Below, piece by piece: positions 1 to 9,836 of a DNA stretch of 64,000 nucleotides. Each line of letters begins with the position of its first letter. Positions within the stretch are counted from its first letter, which is position 1. Source of the DNA: Gammaproteobacteria bacterium (GTDB lineage: Bacteria; Pseudomonadota; Gammaproteobacteria; QQUJ01). The notes under the pieces were generated by a model. It did not search any database. It was not told the DNA's origin and saw only the letters and a list, made by a program, of their open reading frames with translations. Location: positions 43,291-107,290 of the forward strand of contig JBNKCG010000018.1 of assembly GCA_050287605.1 (NCBI GenBank), read 5' to 3'. The position numbers and the translations under genes were made by a program.

Positions 1-1
1 C

Positions 2-997
2 GTGTTGGAGAAGGAGGCGCTGGTACCCATGGGAAGCTGTCTCTGCGGGCAGGCCGCGGACGACAACCAACTGATCATCGATTCCAAGGGCCGCTCCTGC
101 CAAGGCTACCTGGGACGTTCCGCCATCGGCGCGGCCTCCTCCACCTTCATTGCCGTACCCTTGCAATACCGCGGCACGACCCTGGGCGTCTACAACCTCT
201 TCCTCGACCAGGGCGTGGAACCCAACGACGATCTGCGCGAACTGCTGATCAGCATCGGCCGCCATCTGGGCATGGCCATTGAAAAGGCGCAGGTGGACAA
301 AAAGGCCCAGTTCCTCTCCATCATGCAAGAGCGGACCATGCTCTCCCACGAACTCCACGACTCCGTCGCACAGACCATCGCCAGCTTGCGTTACCGCGTG
401 CGGGCGATGGACGAGCTGCTGCCGGCGGACACCTCGGACAAGGTTCGCACCGAGCTGATGCAGATTCGCAACACCCTCGACGAAGCGCACACGGAACTGC
501 GTTCGTTGATGGTGCACTACCGCGCACCCATGGACGAACGCGGCCTGTTACCCGCTATCGAAGAATTGATCGAGCGCTTCCGCCGCGAAACCGGCATAAC
601 GCTGTTCGTACAGAAAGACTGCGGAGGCTCCAACTTACCGGCGATACTCGAAATGCAGGTGCTGCGCATCATTCAGGAGGCGCTGGCCAACATCCGCAAA
701 CACAGCAGAGCGCAAACGGTGCGGATTCTGATGCGCTGCACCGACGGCGAATACTACCGCGTGTTGGTCGAAGACGACGGAGTAGGATTCGCCCGCCCCC
801 CTGACAAAGGGCACCCTGGCGAGCATGTCGGACTGGGCATCATGCAGGAGCGCGCCCATCGCCTGGGTGGCACCCTGACTATCGAAAGCGAACCGAACGA
901 AGGGACCCGCGTCGAACTGACCTTCCGGCATCGACGCGACCTTTCCCAACACCCCGAAAAGAAGAGCGAGATTTCTCATGCGTGTGCTGATCATTGA
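2..997 (+). CDS. sensor histidine kinase, cytoplasmic GAF sensor plus HisKA_3/HATPase (NarX/UhpB-type); 5' end truncated by the window edge
   Basis: GAF-like N-terminal region; H-box HELHDSVAQTIASL; C-terminal HATPase motifs (DDGVGF, GLGIMQERAHRLGG); overlaps the following response-regulator gene. Confidence 0.8.
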   Translation: MLEKEALVPMGSCLCGQAADDNQLIIDSKGRSCQGYLGRSAIGAASSTFIAVPLQYRGTTLGVYNLFLDQGVEPNDDLRELLISIGRHLGMAIEKAQVDKKAQFLSIMQERTMLSHELHDSVAQTIASLRYRVRAMDELLPADTSDKVRTELMQIRNTLDEAHTELRSLMVHYRAPMDERGLLPAIEELIERFRRETGITLFVQKDCGGSNLPAILEMQVLRIIQEALANIRKHSRAQTVRILMRCTDGEYYRVLVEDDGVGFARPPDKGHPGEHVGLGIMQERAHRLGGTLTIESEPNEGTRVELTFRHRRDLSQHPEKKSEISHACADH

Positions 998-1643
998 CGA
1001 TCATGCCCTGTTCCGGGTCGGACTTCAGGAGTTGCTGGAGCGCCGTGGCATTGAGGTGTGCGGAGCTGTCGGCGATGGTCTGGAGGGACTGCGTCTTGCC
1101 GATCAACTGCAACCGGACATCGTATTGCTGGATCTGCGCATGCCCAACACCGACGGCCTCACCGTATTGAAATCGATACGCGAGTCCGGACTCGGGATGC
1201 CCGTGGTCATGCTAACCACCAGCAGCGACGAACGCGACCTGGTGGAGTCGCTGCGTTCCGGTGCGCAAGGCTATTTGATTAAGGATATGGAGCCCGACGA
1301 GGTGGTCAACGCGCTGAGTGAAATCATCGCCGGTCAGACCGTCGTGGCGCCCGGCCTCACCAGCGTTCTGGCCCAAGCGGTTCGTTCCGACCCCAGCGAA
1401 AGCGAAGTCAACGACAGCCCGTTCGGTGAACTCACGCCACGCGAAACCGAGATCCTGTGCCACCTGGCCGAAGGCCAGAGCAACAAGGTCATCGCGCGCA
1501 ACCTGGGAATCTCCGACGGTACCGTCAAGCTTCACGTCAAGGCGATTCTGCGCAAGCTCGGTGTCCACTCCCGCGTGGAGGCGGCAGTCATGGCCGTCCA
1601 GCACGGACTCAACCGCAAGCAGATGGAATCCCACGGCGCCTGA
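978..1643 (+). CDS. NarL/FixJ-family response regulator (REC + LuxR-type HTH)
   Basis: MRVLIIDDHALFR...DIVLLDLRMP receiver domain; C-terminal LTPRETEILCHLAEGQSNKVIARNLGISDGTVKLHVKAILRKLGV. Confidence 0.9.
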   Translation: MRVLIIDDHALFRVGLQELLERRGIEVCGAVGDGLEGLRLADQLQPDIVLLDLRMPNTDGLTVLKSIRESGLGMPVVMLTTSSDERDLVESLRSGAQGYLIKDMEPDEVVNALSEIIAGQTVVAPGLTSVLAQAVRSDPSESEVNDSPFGELTPRETEILCHLAEGQSNKVIARNLGISDGTVKLHVKAILRKLGVHSRVEAAVMAVQHGLNRKQMESHGA

Positions 1644-1675
1644 GTCACCGGCGTAGTCCCATCACGCCCGTTCCC

Positions 1676-2143
1676 ATGATCACGTTCCGCGATCTCGTCG
1701 ATTCCTGCCGGCCCGAAGTCGACGAACTCTATCCCTGGGACCTTGCCGACGCCCTCGCAAGTTCCGAGGCGTTACTTCTGGTCGATATCCGCGAGCCGTA
1801 CGAATATGCGGCACTGCATATCGCCGGATCCATCAACGTGCCCCGCGGAGTATTGGAACCGTCGTGCGACTACGGCTACGAGGAGACTATCCCGGAGCTG
1901 GTCGCCGCACGCCAAGCGCCGATCATTGTGATTTGCCGATCAGGAAACCGCAGCCTGCTGGCGGGCAAAGTGATGCAGCAGATGGGGTATCGCAACGTGC
2001 GTTCGTTGGCCACCGGACTGAAGGGTTGGAACGACTATGATCAGCCACTGAGTGACGCGCGAGGCTCGCTCATCGACGGCGATACCGCGGAATCCATCCT
2101 TTCACCGCCGTTGCGTCCGGAACAACTGCCTCCCAAGGCGTAA
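1676..2143 (+). CDS. rhodanese-domain sulfurtransferase-like protein
   Basis: Rhodanese fold with active-site loop VICRSGNRS; start moved to ATG at 1676 (MITFRDL) because the track ORF N-terminus overlaps the regulator gene. Confidence 0.7.
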   Translation: MITFRDLVDSCRPEVDELYPWDLADALASSEALLLVDIREPYEYAALHIAGSINVPRGVLEPSCDYGYEETIPELVAARQAPIIVICRSGNRSLLAGKVMQQMGYRNVRSLATGLKGWNDYDQPLSDARGSLIDGDTAESILSPPLRPEQLPPKA

Positions 2144-2155
2144 ACCAGCGCCACC

Positions 2156-4141
2156 TCACTGAATCACACGAAACGCTTCTGCCTCGATAAACACCTTGAC
2201 CAACCGCTGATCGATCTTTCCGGCCGCCACCTCTTTGTGGAGAATATCCAACGCCTGGTCTTCCGGCAGGCCCCGTTTGTAGGGCCGATCGCCCGCAGTC
2301 AGCGCATCGTAGATGTCCGCAACGGTCATGATCTTTGACTGCAGCGGAATCTCATCGGTGCCCAACCCCAACGGGTAACCAGAGCCATCGAGTTTTTCGT
2401 GATGCGCATAGGCGATGCTCGCCACGTTTTGCAGCGTCCCGCTCCACGGAATCAAACTGAGGAACGCATAGGTGTGGCTGACGTGGGATTCGATCTGCAG
2501 ACGCTCGTCGGGGCTGAGACTCCCCTGCGCGGCGGTGAGATCGGAGAACTCGAAATCCTCGAGGATGGGCGCATCGCCGCCATCCTCAACGGGGAACGTG
2601 TACGAAAGCAGTTCGCTGAGTTCCGTAGGCACCTCCCGACGCGATACCGTGGGTTCGTTGCTCTTCACCACCAACTGCAGAAAATGGTCAAGGCGATCGC
2701 GCTCTTTGACCAACGCGTCTTCCGTGGCCCGGCGCATCTCGAGCAGCTCTTTCGGGCTCAGCGACCCTTGCTCGTGCAGCTGAATCAGTTTCTTGTACGC
2801 GCGTCGTTCCAAGCTCGCCCGCGCATAGGCAAACCGCTGTTTGATCAGCGTGAGCTGGTGCGGATAGAGCTTCTTCGGCTTGGTCAAAACATGCTCGCGA
2901 ACGCCAACCTTGCCGAAATCGTGCAACAGGGCTGCGTAGCGCAGCTCGCGCATCTGATCGGGGGAGAACTGCACCTGCTTCAGACCGTGACCCGATGCTC
3001 GGTCCACCGCCGCCGCCAAGCGCTCGGTGTATTCGGCGACTCGGAACGAGTGTCCCGCCGTGACGGGATCTCGTGCTTCAATGGCCTGAACGGAGGCCCG
3101 AATGAAGCTCTCGAACAGCTCCTCGATATCCGAATACAATTGCGCATTGCGCACGGCTATCCCCGCCTGCGCGCAGATCCCGGTCAGGATCTCCAGATCG
3201 GCCTGTTCAAACGCCTTGGGATCGGTGGTGCTGTCGACCTGAATCAGGCCGAGAACCTCGTCGCCCACCAATAACGGCGCGCACATCATGCTGCGCAGCG
3301 ACAGGTTGATGATCGAATCGCGAGCCCCGAAGCGCTCATCGCCCATGGCGTCCACCGACAGAATGGCCTGTTTGTGCGCTACCACCTGCTCGACGATAGT
3401 GCTCGAAATGGCGATCTCACTGTCATGCTCTCCCGCTGCCCCCCGGGTCTTCTGGGCGACGGGTATCAGCTGCTCTTTATCCCGCGAACGTAACAGCACA
3501 AACGCGCGCTCGGCCCCGGGAAATATGTCAAAGATGTAATCCAGCATCTTTTGCATCAGCGAGTCGCGGTCGTCCAACGCCCCCAGCGCCACACTGACCT
3601 GAGCCAGCGCCTGCAACCGGCGCAAGGCCACCGCCAGCGACTCATCGGCATGCTGATCAAGGGAGAAGCGGGCAAGGACACTCTTCGAAGCATCGAGCAT
3701 CACGCTCATCTGCCCCGGTGTACGGTCTTCGACCTTCAGCTCGGGATGGGAACTTTCGGAGTGGCGGCTGAACACCCCGCCCTTCGATCGCCCGGTCGTG
3801 GTCAGACCAACGCCAATGTGGGAGGTGTCCTTGATGTCTTCTCGGTAAACCAGCAAGGTCGACGAAATACGAATCTCGTCACCATCGTTCAGGGTATGCA
3901 CGCGGTTGGCGTCCAGGAGCGAACCATTGAGCAGGGTGCCGTTGGTAGACCCCAAATCTTCAAGGACATATCCCTTATTATTTGAGCGGATATGCGCGTG
4001 GCGCCGGCTCACCTGACCGTCGGGAAGCGGCAAAAATATGCGGGGATCGATCCCTTCCGGCGATCTTCCCAAATAGACCTCATCCGCGAGTTTAAAGACC
4101 CGCCCCGTATCGTGGCCTTCGCGGATTTGCAGGGTAGCCAT
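2156..4141 (-). CDS. FHA-GAF-HD-GYP multidomain c-di-GMP phosphodiesterase
   Basis: N-terminal FHA (GRSPEGIDPRIFLPLPDGQVSRRHAHI...GSTNGTLLNG); central GAF; C-terminal HD-GYP (HHEKLDGSGYPLGL). Confidence 0.85.
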   Translation of the reverse strand: MATLQIREGHDTGRVFKLADEVYLGRSPEGIDPRIFLPLPDGQVSRRHAHIRSNNKGYVLEDLGSTNGTLLNGSLLDANRVHTLNDGDEIRISSTLLVYREDIKDTSHIGVGLTTTGRSKGGVFSRHSESSHPELKVEDRTPGQMSVMLDASKSVLARFSLDQHADESLAVALRRLQALAQVSVALGALDDRDSLMQKMLDYIFDIFPGAERAFVLLRSRDKEQLIPVAQKTRGAAGEHDSEIAISSTIVEQVVAHKQAILSVDAMGDERFGARDSIINLSLRSMMCAPLLVGDEVLGLIQVDSTTDPKAFEQADLEILTGICAQAGIAVRNAQLYSDIEELFESFIRASVQAIEARDPVTAGHSFRVAEYTERLAAAVDRASGHGLKQVQFSPDQMRELRYAALLHDFGKVGVREHVLTKPKKLYPHQLTLIKQRFAYARASLERRAYKKLIQLHEQGSLSPKELLEMRRATEDALVKERDRLDHFLQLVVKSNEPTVSRREVPTELSELLSYTFPVEDGGDAPILEDFEFSDLTAAQGSLSPDERLQIESHVSHTYAFLSLIPWSGTLQNVASIAYAHHEKLDGSGYPLGLGTDEIPLQSKIMTVADIYDALTAGDRPYKRGLPEDQALDILHKEVAAGKIDQRLVKVFIEAEAFRVIQ

Positions 4142-4538
4142 GATCCTTACTCAAACCCCTTGCTCGTCAACCTCAACTATTACAACATCAACTGCGCGCA
4201 AGTTACCATAAATATTGGTTAAGTTCCCCAGTCATTCCGTTTGAATCTTGACGGTATCAGTCTGGTCGGGCAATCACACACTATGTTAGAGTAACGGCCA
4301 TAAACCCGCGCAGGAACGAGGTGTTAGGTGCGCCGTCGGGTAAATCACCAATGGTGCAGATGGAATTCGACCAGATCAACTGCCCCGCACCCTCCACCCC
4401 GCAACAAAAAGCGGAATCGCGCAACCGTCTGAGGCCCTGCTCGCCGTTGACAATCCAGGGTATTCTTAAACCGAATTAATGTTAACCGGGCGGGAGTCTG
4501 CGTCTTCCTGCCGACAGGGATTTGTGGGGAAAACCACT

Positions 4539-5006
4539 ATGGGGTCCGACAACCTGATCGTTCCGAAGCAACTGAGCCAGGTGACACTATGGGTTCATCC
4601 CGAAGGGATTGTCGAGGGGGCACTGTTCGTCAGTATCGAACACGACCCCACCAACCCCGAGGATCCTGAGGAGGTGCTCAACTACTCCTCCCCCTTTATC
4701 GTCGTTCGTCGCCAAGACCCCAGCGAGCTGCGGTTTTACAACAAAAGCTCCATCGTGCGCGTCCACTACAGCGCCGACGAGCCGGACTCCGCTGCCACTG
4801 CGCGCCTGCGGTGCACCTTTCACATGATGGACGGCAGCCTGCTGCGAGGCGAGATCCGGCGCAGCCTACCGCCTGATCGTTCACGATTCTATGACTTCCT
4901 CAACCTGGAACAAGAGCGCTTTGCGAAAATCCACCTCGACGATGGCCAAGTGTGTCTGGTGAACAAATCCTACATCGTATGCGGTCTTGATGAGAGCGCG
5001 CGCTGA
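4539..5006 (+). CDS. hypothetical protein, first gene of the kinase/PilT operon
   Basis: ORF with GGGGAAAA ribosome-binding-like sequence before ATG 4539 (track ORF starts 4479); 58 bp upstream of the kinase gene; no confident domain call. Confidence 0.5.
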   Translation: MGSDNLIVPKQLSQVTLWVHPEGIVEGALFVSIEHDPTNPEDPEEVLNYSSPFIVVRRQDPSELRFYNKSSIVRVHYSADEPDSAATARLRCTFHMMDGSLLRGEIRRSLPPDRSRFYDFLNLEQERFAKIHLDDGQVCLVNKSYIVCGLDESAR

Positions 5007-5063
5007 ATGACGCTCATGACGAAACCGACCGATCCTGCTGCGACCGGCGACTAGCGGCTGACT

Positions 5064-7514
5064 ATGGGAATTCTGGACGGAATCCGCATCAACAAAGCGG
5101 TCGCGACCATCGTCAAGGCCAAGAGCGCCGCGACACCTGAGGTTGCCGACGCCATTTTCCAACTGAAGCAGGTCGGCGAAGGCGCCGCCGAAAAGCTCAT
5201 CGATGCCCTCGGTCGTACCCGCACCCCTGGCACCGTGGTGGCCGTACTGGGCACGTTTCTCGACAATTCCACACTGCACCACTTCGCCAACGCCCTGAGC
5301 AGCAAGGACACCACTGTCGTCGACGGTGTCGCCAAAGTTCTCAGCGCTGGCAAGCGCTACGACCCCAACCTGCTGCTGGACGTCTACGCCGACCCCACCA
5401 GCCCCAAAGGATTGCTCTCGCGCATCCTGCTCGCCCAGCGCGAGCGATTGAACATCCGATCGCTGTTACGACTGATGGGTCGCATTCCGCCCGAAGCACG
5501 CAGCGGCGTATTCCGCATGATGGAGGAGATCGCCAGCCCGGAGAATGTCAACGATCTCATCGGTTTCGTCGACAGCGAAGACCCGGTGATCCGCCTGCAC
5601 ACCGCGCGCGTCCTGCGACGCTTCAGTACCGAAGCCGTTCGCGACGCACTGATGAAACTGCTGGGCGACCAGGCCAAGGCCGTGCGGTTGGAGGCGCTGA
5701 CGGGGCTAGGTGACATGAGCATACCGGTGGACGTGAAACCCATCTGCAAAATGTTGCGCGACGCGGACATGACTGTGCAGAGCAAGGCCATCGACACAGT
5801 GATACGCATCAACTCGCCCGACTCCGTCCACTACCTGCTGGAGATACTGCAGGACGATTCCGAGTACGTGCGCCGCGCCGCGGTGGAGGTGCTCAACGAG
5901 GTTGGCAACACCAACGCCATCAAGGATCTCATCGGCGCCCTGCGCGACAAGGACTGGTGGGTACGGGTGCGTGCCGCCGACGCATTGGGGAGCATCGGCG
6001 GTCCGCGGGTGGTCGAATCCGTCCTCTCGCTGGTCAAGGACGAAGATGAATTCATCCGCCGTTTCGCCATCGAAATCCTCAACTCCACCAAAGACAGCCG
6101 CGCCAAGAATTATTTGGAGGAGGCACTCAAGGACGAGGATTGGTGGGTGCGCGAACGGGCAGTGGATGCCCTCGCGGCCATCGGCGATTCCTCGGCCGTT
6201 CCGAAACTGGTCGATCTGATGAAACGCGACAATCGTGCCGCTCCCGTCGTGATCAAGGCACTGGCCTCAATGGGCGACAACCGGGCGGTCAAACCCATCA
6301 TGGAGATGCTGCACAACCCCGACACCGGGGTGCGCAAAGAGGCGCTGCGCGCCCTGGCCGTTCTTGCTGATGAGGAAAACGTCGACGAGGTCAGGCGTGC
6401 CGCGCAGGAGCTGTGCAACTCCTCCAACGACGATATCCGGGCGCTCGCCGACACCACCGTCAGCACCTTGATCACCAAGCCGCTGGCGCAACGCAAGAAA
6501 GGCGCCGCCGAGGAACCGGTGCGCACCGGCTCGACCATGCTCCAGGTTCGCTCCATGCTGGGAATGGAGACACCGAGCAATGCCAGCGATGTCACCATCG
6601 TATCCGACGTCACACCGCCGAGCGCCCAATCCACCCCTGCTGCGGCAGGCGCTATCGATGCGGCAAAACTCAAGGCCGGCGAAGTCCTCGCGGACCGCTA
6701 CCGCGTCATCCGACACATCGGGCGCGGCGCTTTTGGCGTGGTGGTGCTGGTGCAGGACATAATGGTCCATGAAGATATCGTCTTGAAGTTCATCACCCCG
6801 CAGCTCACCTCCTCCGAAGACGTCATCAAACGCTTCGTGCTGGAGATGAAATACGCCCGCAAGATCACGCACGAAAACGTCATCCGCATCTACGACTTCG
6901 TCACCTTCGGCAACTCCTACGCGATGTCCATGGAGTACTTCGAGAGCCACTCCCTGGCAGCGGAGCTCAAATCCGGCAAACCGATGACGCTGCAGCGTGG
7001 ACTGCGCATTCTGCGCGACATCTGCTCCGGAATGATCATCACCCATCGCGGCAACCTGGTACACCGCGACCTCAAACCCTCGAACATCCTCATCGACGAC
7101 AACGATCTGGTTAAAATCGTCGATTTCGGTCTCGCGGCCGCGGCGCGTGAAGGCGAGTCCCGGCTGACCAAGACCGGAATCATCCTCGGCACGCCAACCT
7201 ACATGGCACCCGAGCAGGTCAAAGGCGCCAAAGTCGACGCCCGCACCGATGTCTACAGTCTCGGCATCATCATGTACGAGATGTTCACCGGCCGTCCGCC
7301 TTATGTGGCCGACGATCCGATGGGAATCCTGTTTCAGCACATGGAGGGCAAGGCCAAGCCGCCCCGCGAGGTCAATCCCGAGATTCCCGAAGAGCTCGAT
7401 GCTCTGATCCGCAAAGCCATCGCCCGCAAGCCGGACAATCGCTTCGCCAATATGGAAGAATTGCGCCAAGCCGTCGAACTGCTGCTCAAGCAGCTGGGGG
7501 ATGAGGCGTCATGA
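5064..7514 (+). CDS. HEAT-repeat (PBS-lyase type) Ser/Thr protein kinase
   Basis: Repeated DKDWWVRVRAADALGSIG / DEDWWVRERAVDALAAIGD HEAT motifs; C-terminal Hanks kinase (GRGAFGVV, HRDLKPSNILI, DFGLA, GTPTYMAPE). Confidence 0.85.
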   Translation: MGILDGIRINKAVATIVKAKSAATPEVADAIFQLKQVGEGAAEKLIDALGRTRTPGTVVAVLGTFLDNSTLHHFANALSSKDTTVVDGVAKVLSAGKRYDPNLLLDVYADPTSPKGLLSRILLAQRERLNIRSLLRLMGRIPPEARSGVFRMMEEIASPENVNDLIGFVDSEDPVIRLHTARVLRRFSTEAVRDALMKLLGDQAKAVRLEALTGLGDMSIPVDVKPICKMLRDADMTVQSKAIDTVIRINSPDSVHYLLEILQDDSEYVRRAAVEVLNEVGNTNAIKDLIGALRDKDWWVRVRAADALGSIGGPRVVESVLSLVKDEDEFIRRFAIEILNSTKDSRAKNYLEEALKDEDWWVRERAVDALAAIGDSSAVPKLVDLMKRDNRAAPVVIKALASMGDNRAVKPIMEMLHNPDTGVRKEALRALAVLADEENVDEVRRAAQELCNSSNDDIRALADTTVSTLITKPLAQRKKGAAEEPVRTGSTMLQVRSMLGMETPSNASDVTIVSDVTPPSAQSTPAAAGAIDAAKLKAGEVLADRYRVIRHIGRGAFGVVVLVQDIMVHEDIVLKFITPQLTSSEDVIKRFVLEMKYARKITHENVIRIYDFVTFGNSYAMSMEYFESHSLAAELKSGKPMTLQRGLRILRDICSGMIITHRGNLVHRDLKPSNILIDDNDLVKIVDFGLAAAAREGESRLTKTGIILGTPTYMAPEQVKGAKVDARTDVYSLGIIMYEMFTGRPPYVADDPMGILFQHMEGKAKPPREVNPEIPEELDALIRKAIARKPDNRFANMEELRQAVELLLKQLGDEAS

Positions 7515-8608
7515 CGGCGCGCATCGACGCCTTTCTGCAACTGGGTCGGGAACAGGGTTGTTCCGACATACACCTAGCGGTCGGCACCCCCCCTATCCTG
7601 CGCCTTCACGGAGAGCTGACGCCGGTACGCTACCGGGATCTCGACATCGATGAACTGGAGCGGCTCGTCGACGAAATCCTCAACGACGAACAACGCACCC
7701 ATTTCAACAGCGGCGGCGATCTCGATCTCTCTTATGAGAGCGAGTCGGCTGGACGATTTCGCGTCAACCTGTTTCGTAAAATGGGAGGACTGGGCGCCAG
7801 CTTTCGCGTCATTCCCGCAGATATCCCAACGCTCGACAGCCTCAATCTGCCGCCTGTCGTAGAAAAGTTCACCGAATTGCACCAGGGTTTGGTGCTGGTT
7901 ACCGGAGCGACGGGAACGGGCAAGACCACCACCCTCTCGGCGCTGATCCACCACATCAATCAACGTCGCAAACTCAACATCATCACGCTCGAAGACCCTA
8001 TTGAATTCGTACATCAGAGCGCCGAATCGTTGATCGTGCAGCGTGAAGTCGGTGTGCACGTGCCCAGTTTCGCCGAGGGCCTGAGAGCGGCATTGCGCGA
8101 AGACCCCGACATTATCCTGGTAGGCGAGCTGCGCGACCTGGAGACGGTGAATCTGGCCATGGTGGCAGCGGAAACCGGGCACTTGGTGCTCGGCACGCTG
8201 CATACCACAACGGCAACCAAGACCCTTGATCGCATCATCGACGCCCTGCCCGTCGAGCAAAAACTTCAAGGTATGACGTCGTTGTCGCAAAACTTGCGCG
8301 CCGTCATCAGCCAATCCCTGGTGCGCACCCCCGACGGGCGTGGTCGCAAGGCCATCTGCGAGATCATGGTCATGACCCAGGCGATCTCCCATCTGCTGAT
8401 GAGCGGCAAGGTGTTTCAGATTCCCAGTAAGCTGCAAACCGGGCGCGATCGCGGCATGCAACTACTCGATCAGGCGCTATTGGAGGCGGTGCAAGCGAAA
8501 GAGATCGACCCGGACGACGCCTACCGCCACGCGGTGGACAAGAAGCAGTTCCAGCGCTTCGTCACCGATCCCAGCCTGCTACCCACGGTGAGTTTGGTTG
8601 GACAATAG
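7511..8608 (+). CDS. PilT-family hexameric ATPase, divergent paralogue
   Basis: PilT-like N-domain; Walker A GATGTGKTTT (canonical PilT has GPTGSGKSTT); ATGA overlap with the kinase stop. Confidence 0.85.
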   Translation: MTARIDAFLQLGREQGCSDIHLAVGTPPILRLHGELTPVRYRDLDIDELERLVDEILNDEQRTHFNSGGDLDLSYESESAGRFRVNLFRKMGGLGASFRVIPADIPTLDSLNLPPVVEKFTELHQGLVLVTGATGTGKTTTLSALIHHINQRRKLNIITLEDPIEFVHQSAESLIVQREVGVHVPSFAEGLRAALREDPDIILVGELRDLETVNLAMVAAETGHLVLGTLHTTTATKTLDRIIDALPVEQKLQGMTSLSQNLRAVISQSLVRTPDGRGRKAICEIMVMTQAISHLLMSGKVFQIPSKLQTGRDRGMQLLDQALLEAVQAKEIDPDDAYRHAVDKKQFQRFVTDPSLLPTVSLVGQ

Positions 8609-9728
8609 CGGCAGCATGGAAACCCCCGACGCCACCCCCTCCACCACCAGCGCTGCGATTCAGCATCGCATCGACTCCTTTCTCGAGCTGGTGGTGAAGC
8701 AAGGGGGATCGGATCTCCACCTGGTCTCCGGCAATCCGCCTCGCATTCGGCTGTTCGGCGAAGTGCTAAGCATCAAATATCGGTCTCTATCCCCCGACGA
8801 GACCCTGGACCTGCTCTACGAGATCATGCCGCCCATGGCGAAACGCACCTTCGAGAGCGTACACGGGGTCGACTTTGCCTACGAGATACCCGGCATGTCG
8901 CGCTTTCGCGTCAACGCCTTTCGCCACCTCGGCGGCATCGGTGCGGTGTTTCGCGTGATTCCCAGCAAAGTCCCCAGCCTCGACTCCATGCATCTGCCAC
9001 CCATCTGCCGCACGCTGTGCGAACAACGTAAAGGTCTGGTGCTGGTCACCGGCCCCACCGGATCGGGTAAATCAACCACCTTGGCGGCGATGGTGGATCA
9101 CATCAACGAAATGCGTAAAGCGCATATCATCACCATCGAAGACCCCATCGAATATCTGCACGACCGCAAGAACTGCCTGATCAGTCAACGCGAAGTGGGC
9201 ATCCATACCGAGAGCTTCGCCGCCGCACTACGCTCGGCGGTTCGCGAAGATCCCAACGTGCTGCTGGTGGGCGAGATGCGCGACTTGGAAACCATTCATC
9301 TCGCCGCAACGGCTGCAGAGACCGGCATCCTGGTAATGGGGACACTGCACACTAACGGTGCAGCCGCCGCAGTGGACCGCATGATCAACGTCTTCGCCGC
9401 CAAAGAGCAGGCGCTGATCCGTACCATCCTGTCAACGTCGTTGGTGGGCGTCTTGTCCCAGCAACTGGTAAGACGCGCCGATGGGCGGGGTCGCGTTGCA
9501 GCCATCGAAGTGATGCTGAACACCGCCGCCGCCTCCAATATGATTCGCGAAGGGAAAACCGAGCAACTCGCTAACGTTATCCAAGGCGGCGGGCTACTGG
9601 GTATGCAGAGCATGGACACGGCACTGCGGCGACTGCTGGACGCTAAACAGATATCGGGCACCGAGGCCTACATGAAGGCCAACAACAAAGCGGATTTTGC
9701 GCAGTACTGCGAAGACCCGCTGGAATAG
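8598..9728 (+). CDS. PilT/PilU-family twitching-motility-type ATPase
   Basis: GPTGSGKSTT Walker A; IITIEDPIEY; C-terminal ASNMIREGK...GMQSMD matches the PilT AIRNLIRE motif; overlaps the upstream gene by 11 nt. Confidence 0.85.
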   Translation: MDNSGSMETPDATPSTTSAAIQHRIDSFLELVVKQGGSDLHLVSGNPPRIRLFGEVLSIKYRSLSPDETLDLLYEIMPPMAKRTFESVHGVDFAYEIPGMSRFRVNAFRHLGGIGAVFRVIPSKVPSLDSMHLPPICRTLCEQRKGLVLVTGPTGSGKSTTLAAMVDHINEMRKAHIITIEDPIEYLHDRKNCLISQREVGIHTESFAAALRSAVREDPNVLLVGEMRDLETIHLAATAAETGILVMGTLHTNGAAAAVDRMINVFAAKEQALIRTILSTSLVGVLSQQLVRRADGRGRVAAIEVMLNTAAASNMIREGKTEQLANVIQGGGLLGMQSMDTALRRLLDAKQISGTEAYMKANNKADFAQYCEDPLE

Positions 9729-9836
9729 CCATTCCCCGTTTTTACGTTGCCAGATGCGTTTTTTTGCAGATAATGGTCCGACGGGATTGAATTTCTGCAT
9801 TTGACGAATACCCGACTGCTGCGGGAGTAGAATTGC

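Noticed and set aside
1457-1675. N-terminal extension of the rhodanese ORF
   Set aside because: It overlaps the 3' end of the response-regulator gene in another frame and is Arg/Pro-rich. The conserved rhodanese domain begins at the internal ATG at 1676.
4142-4478. Sigma-70 promoters in the divergent HD-GYP / kinase-operon intergenic region
   Set aside because: It is AT-rich and has several TTGACG/TATGTT-like hexamers, but none with convincing 16-18-bp spacing. Promoters must exist there, but I cannot place them.
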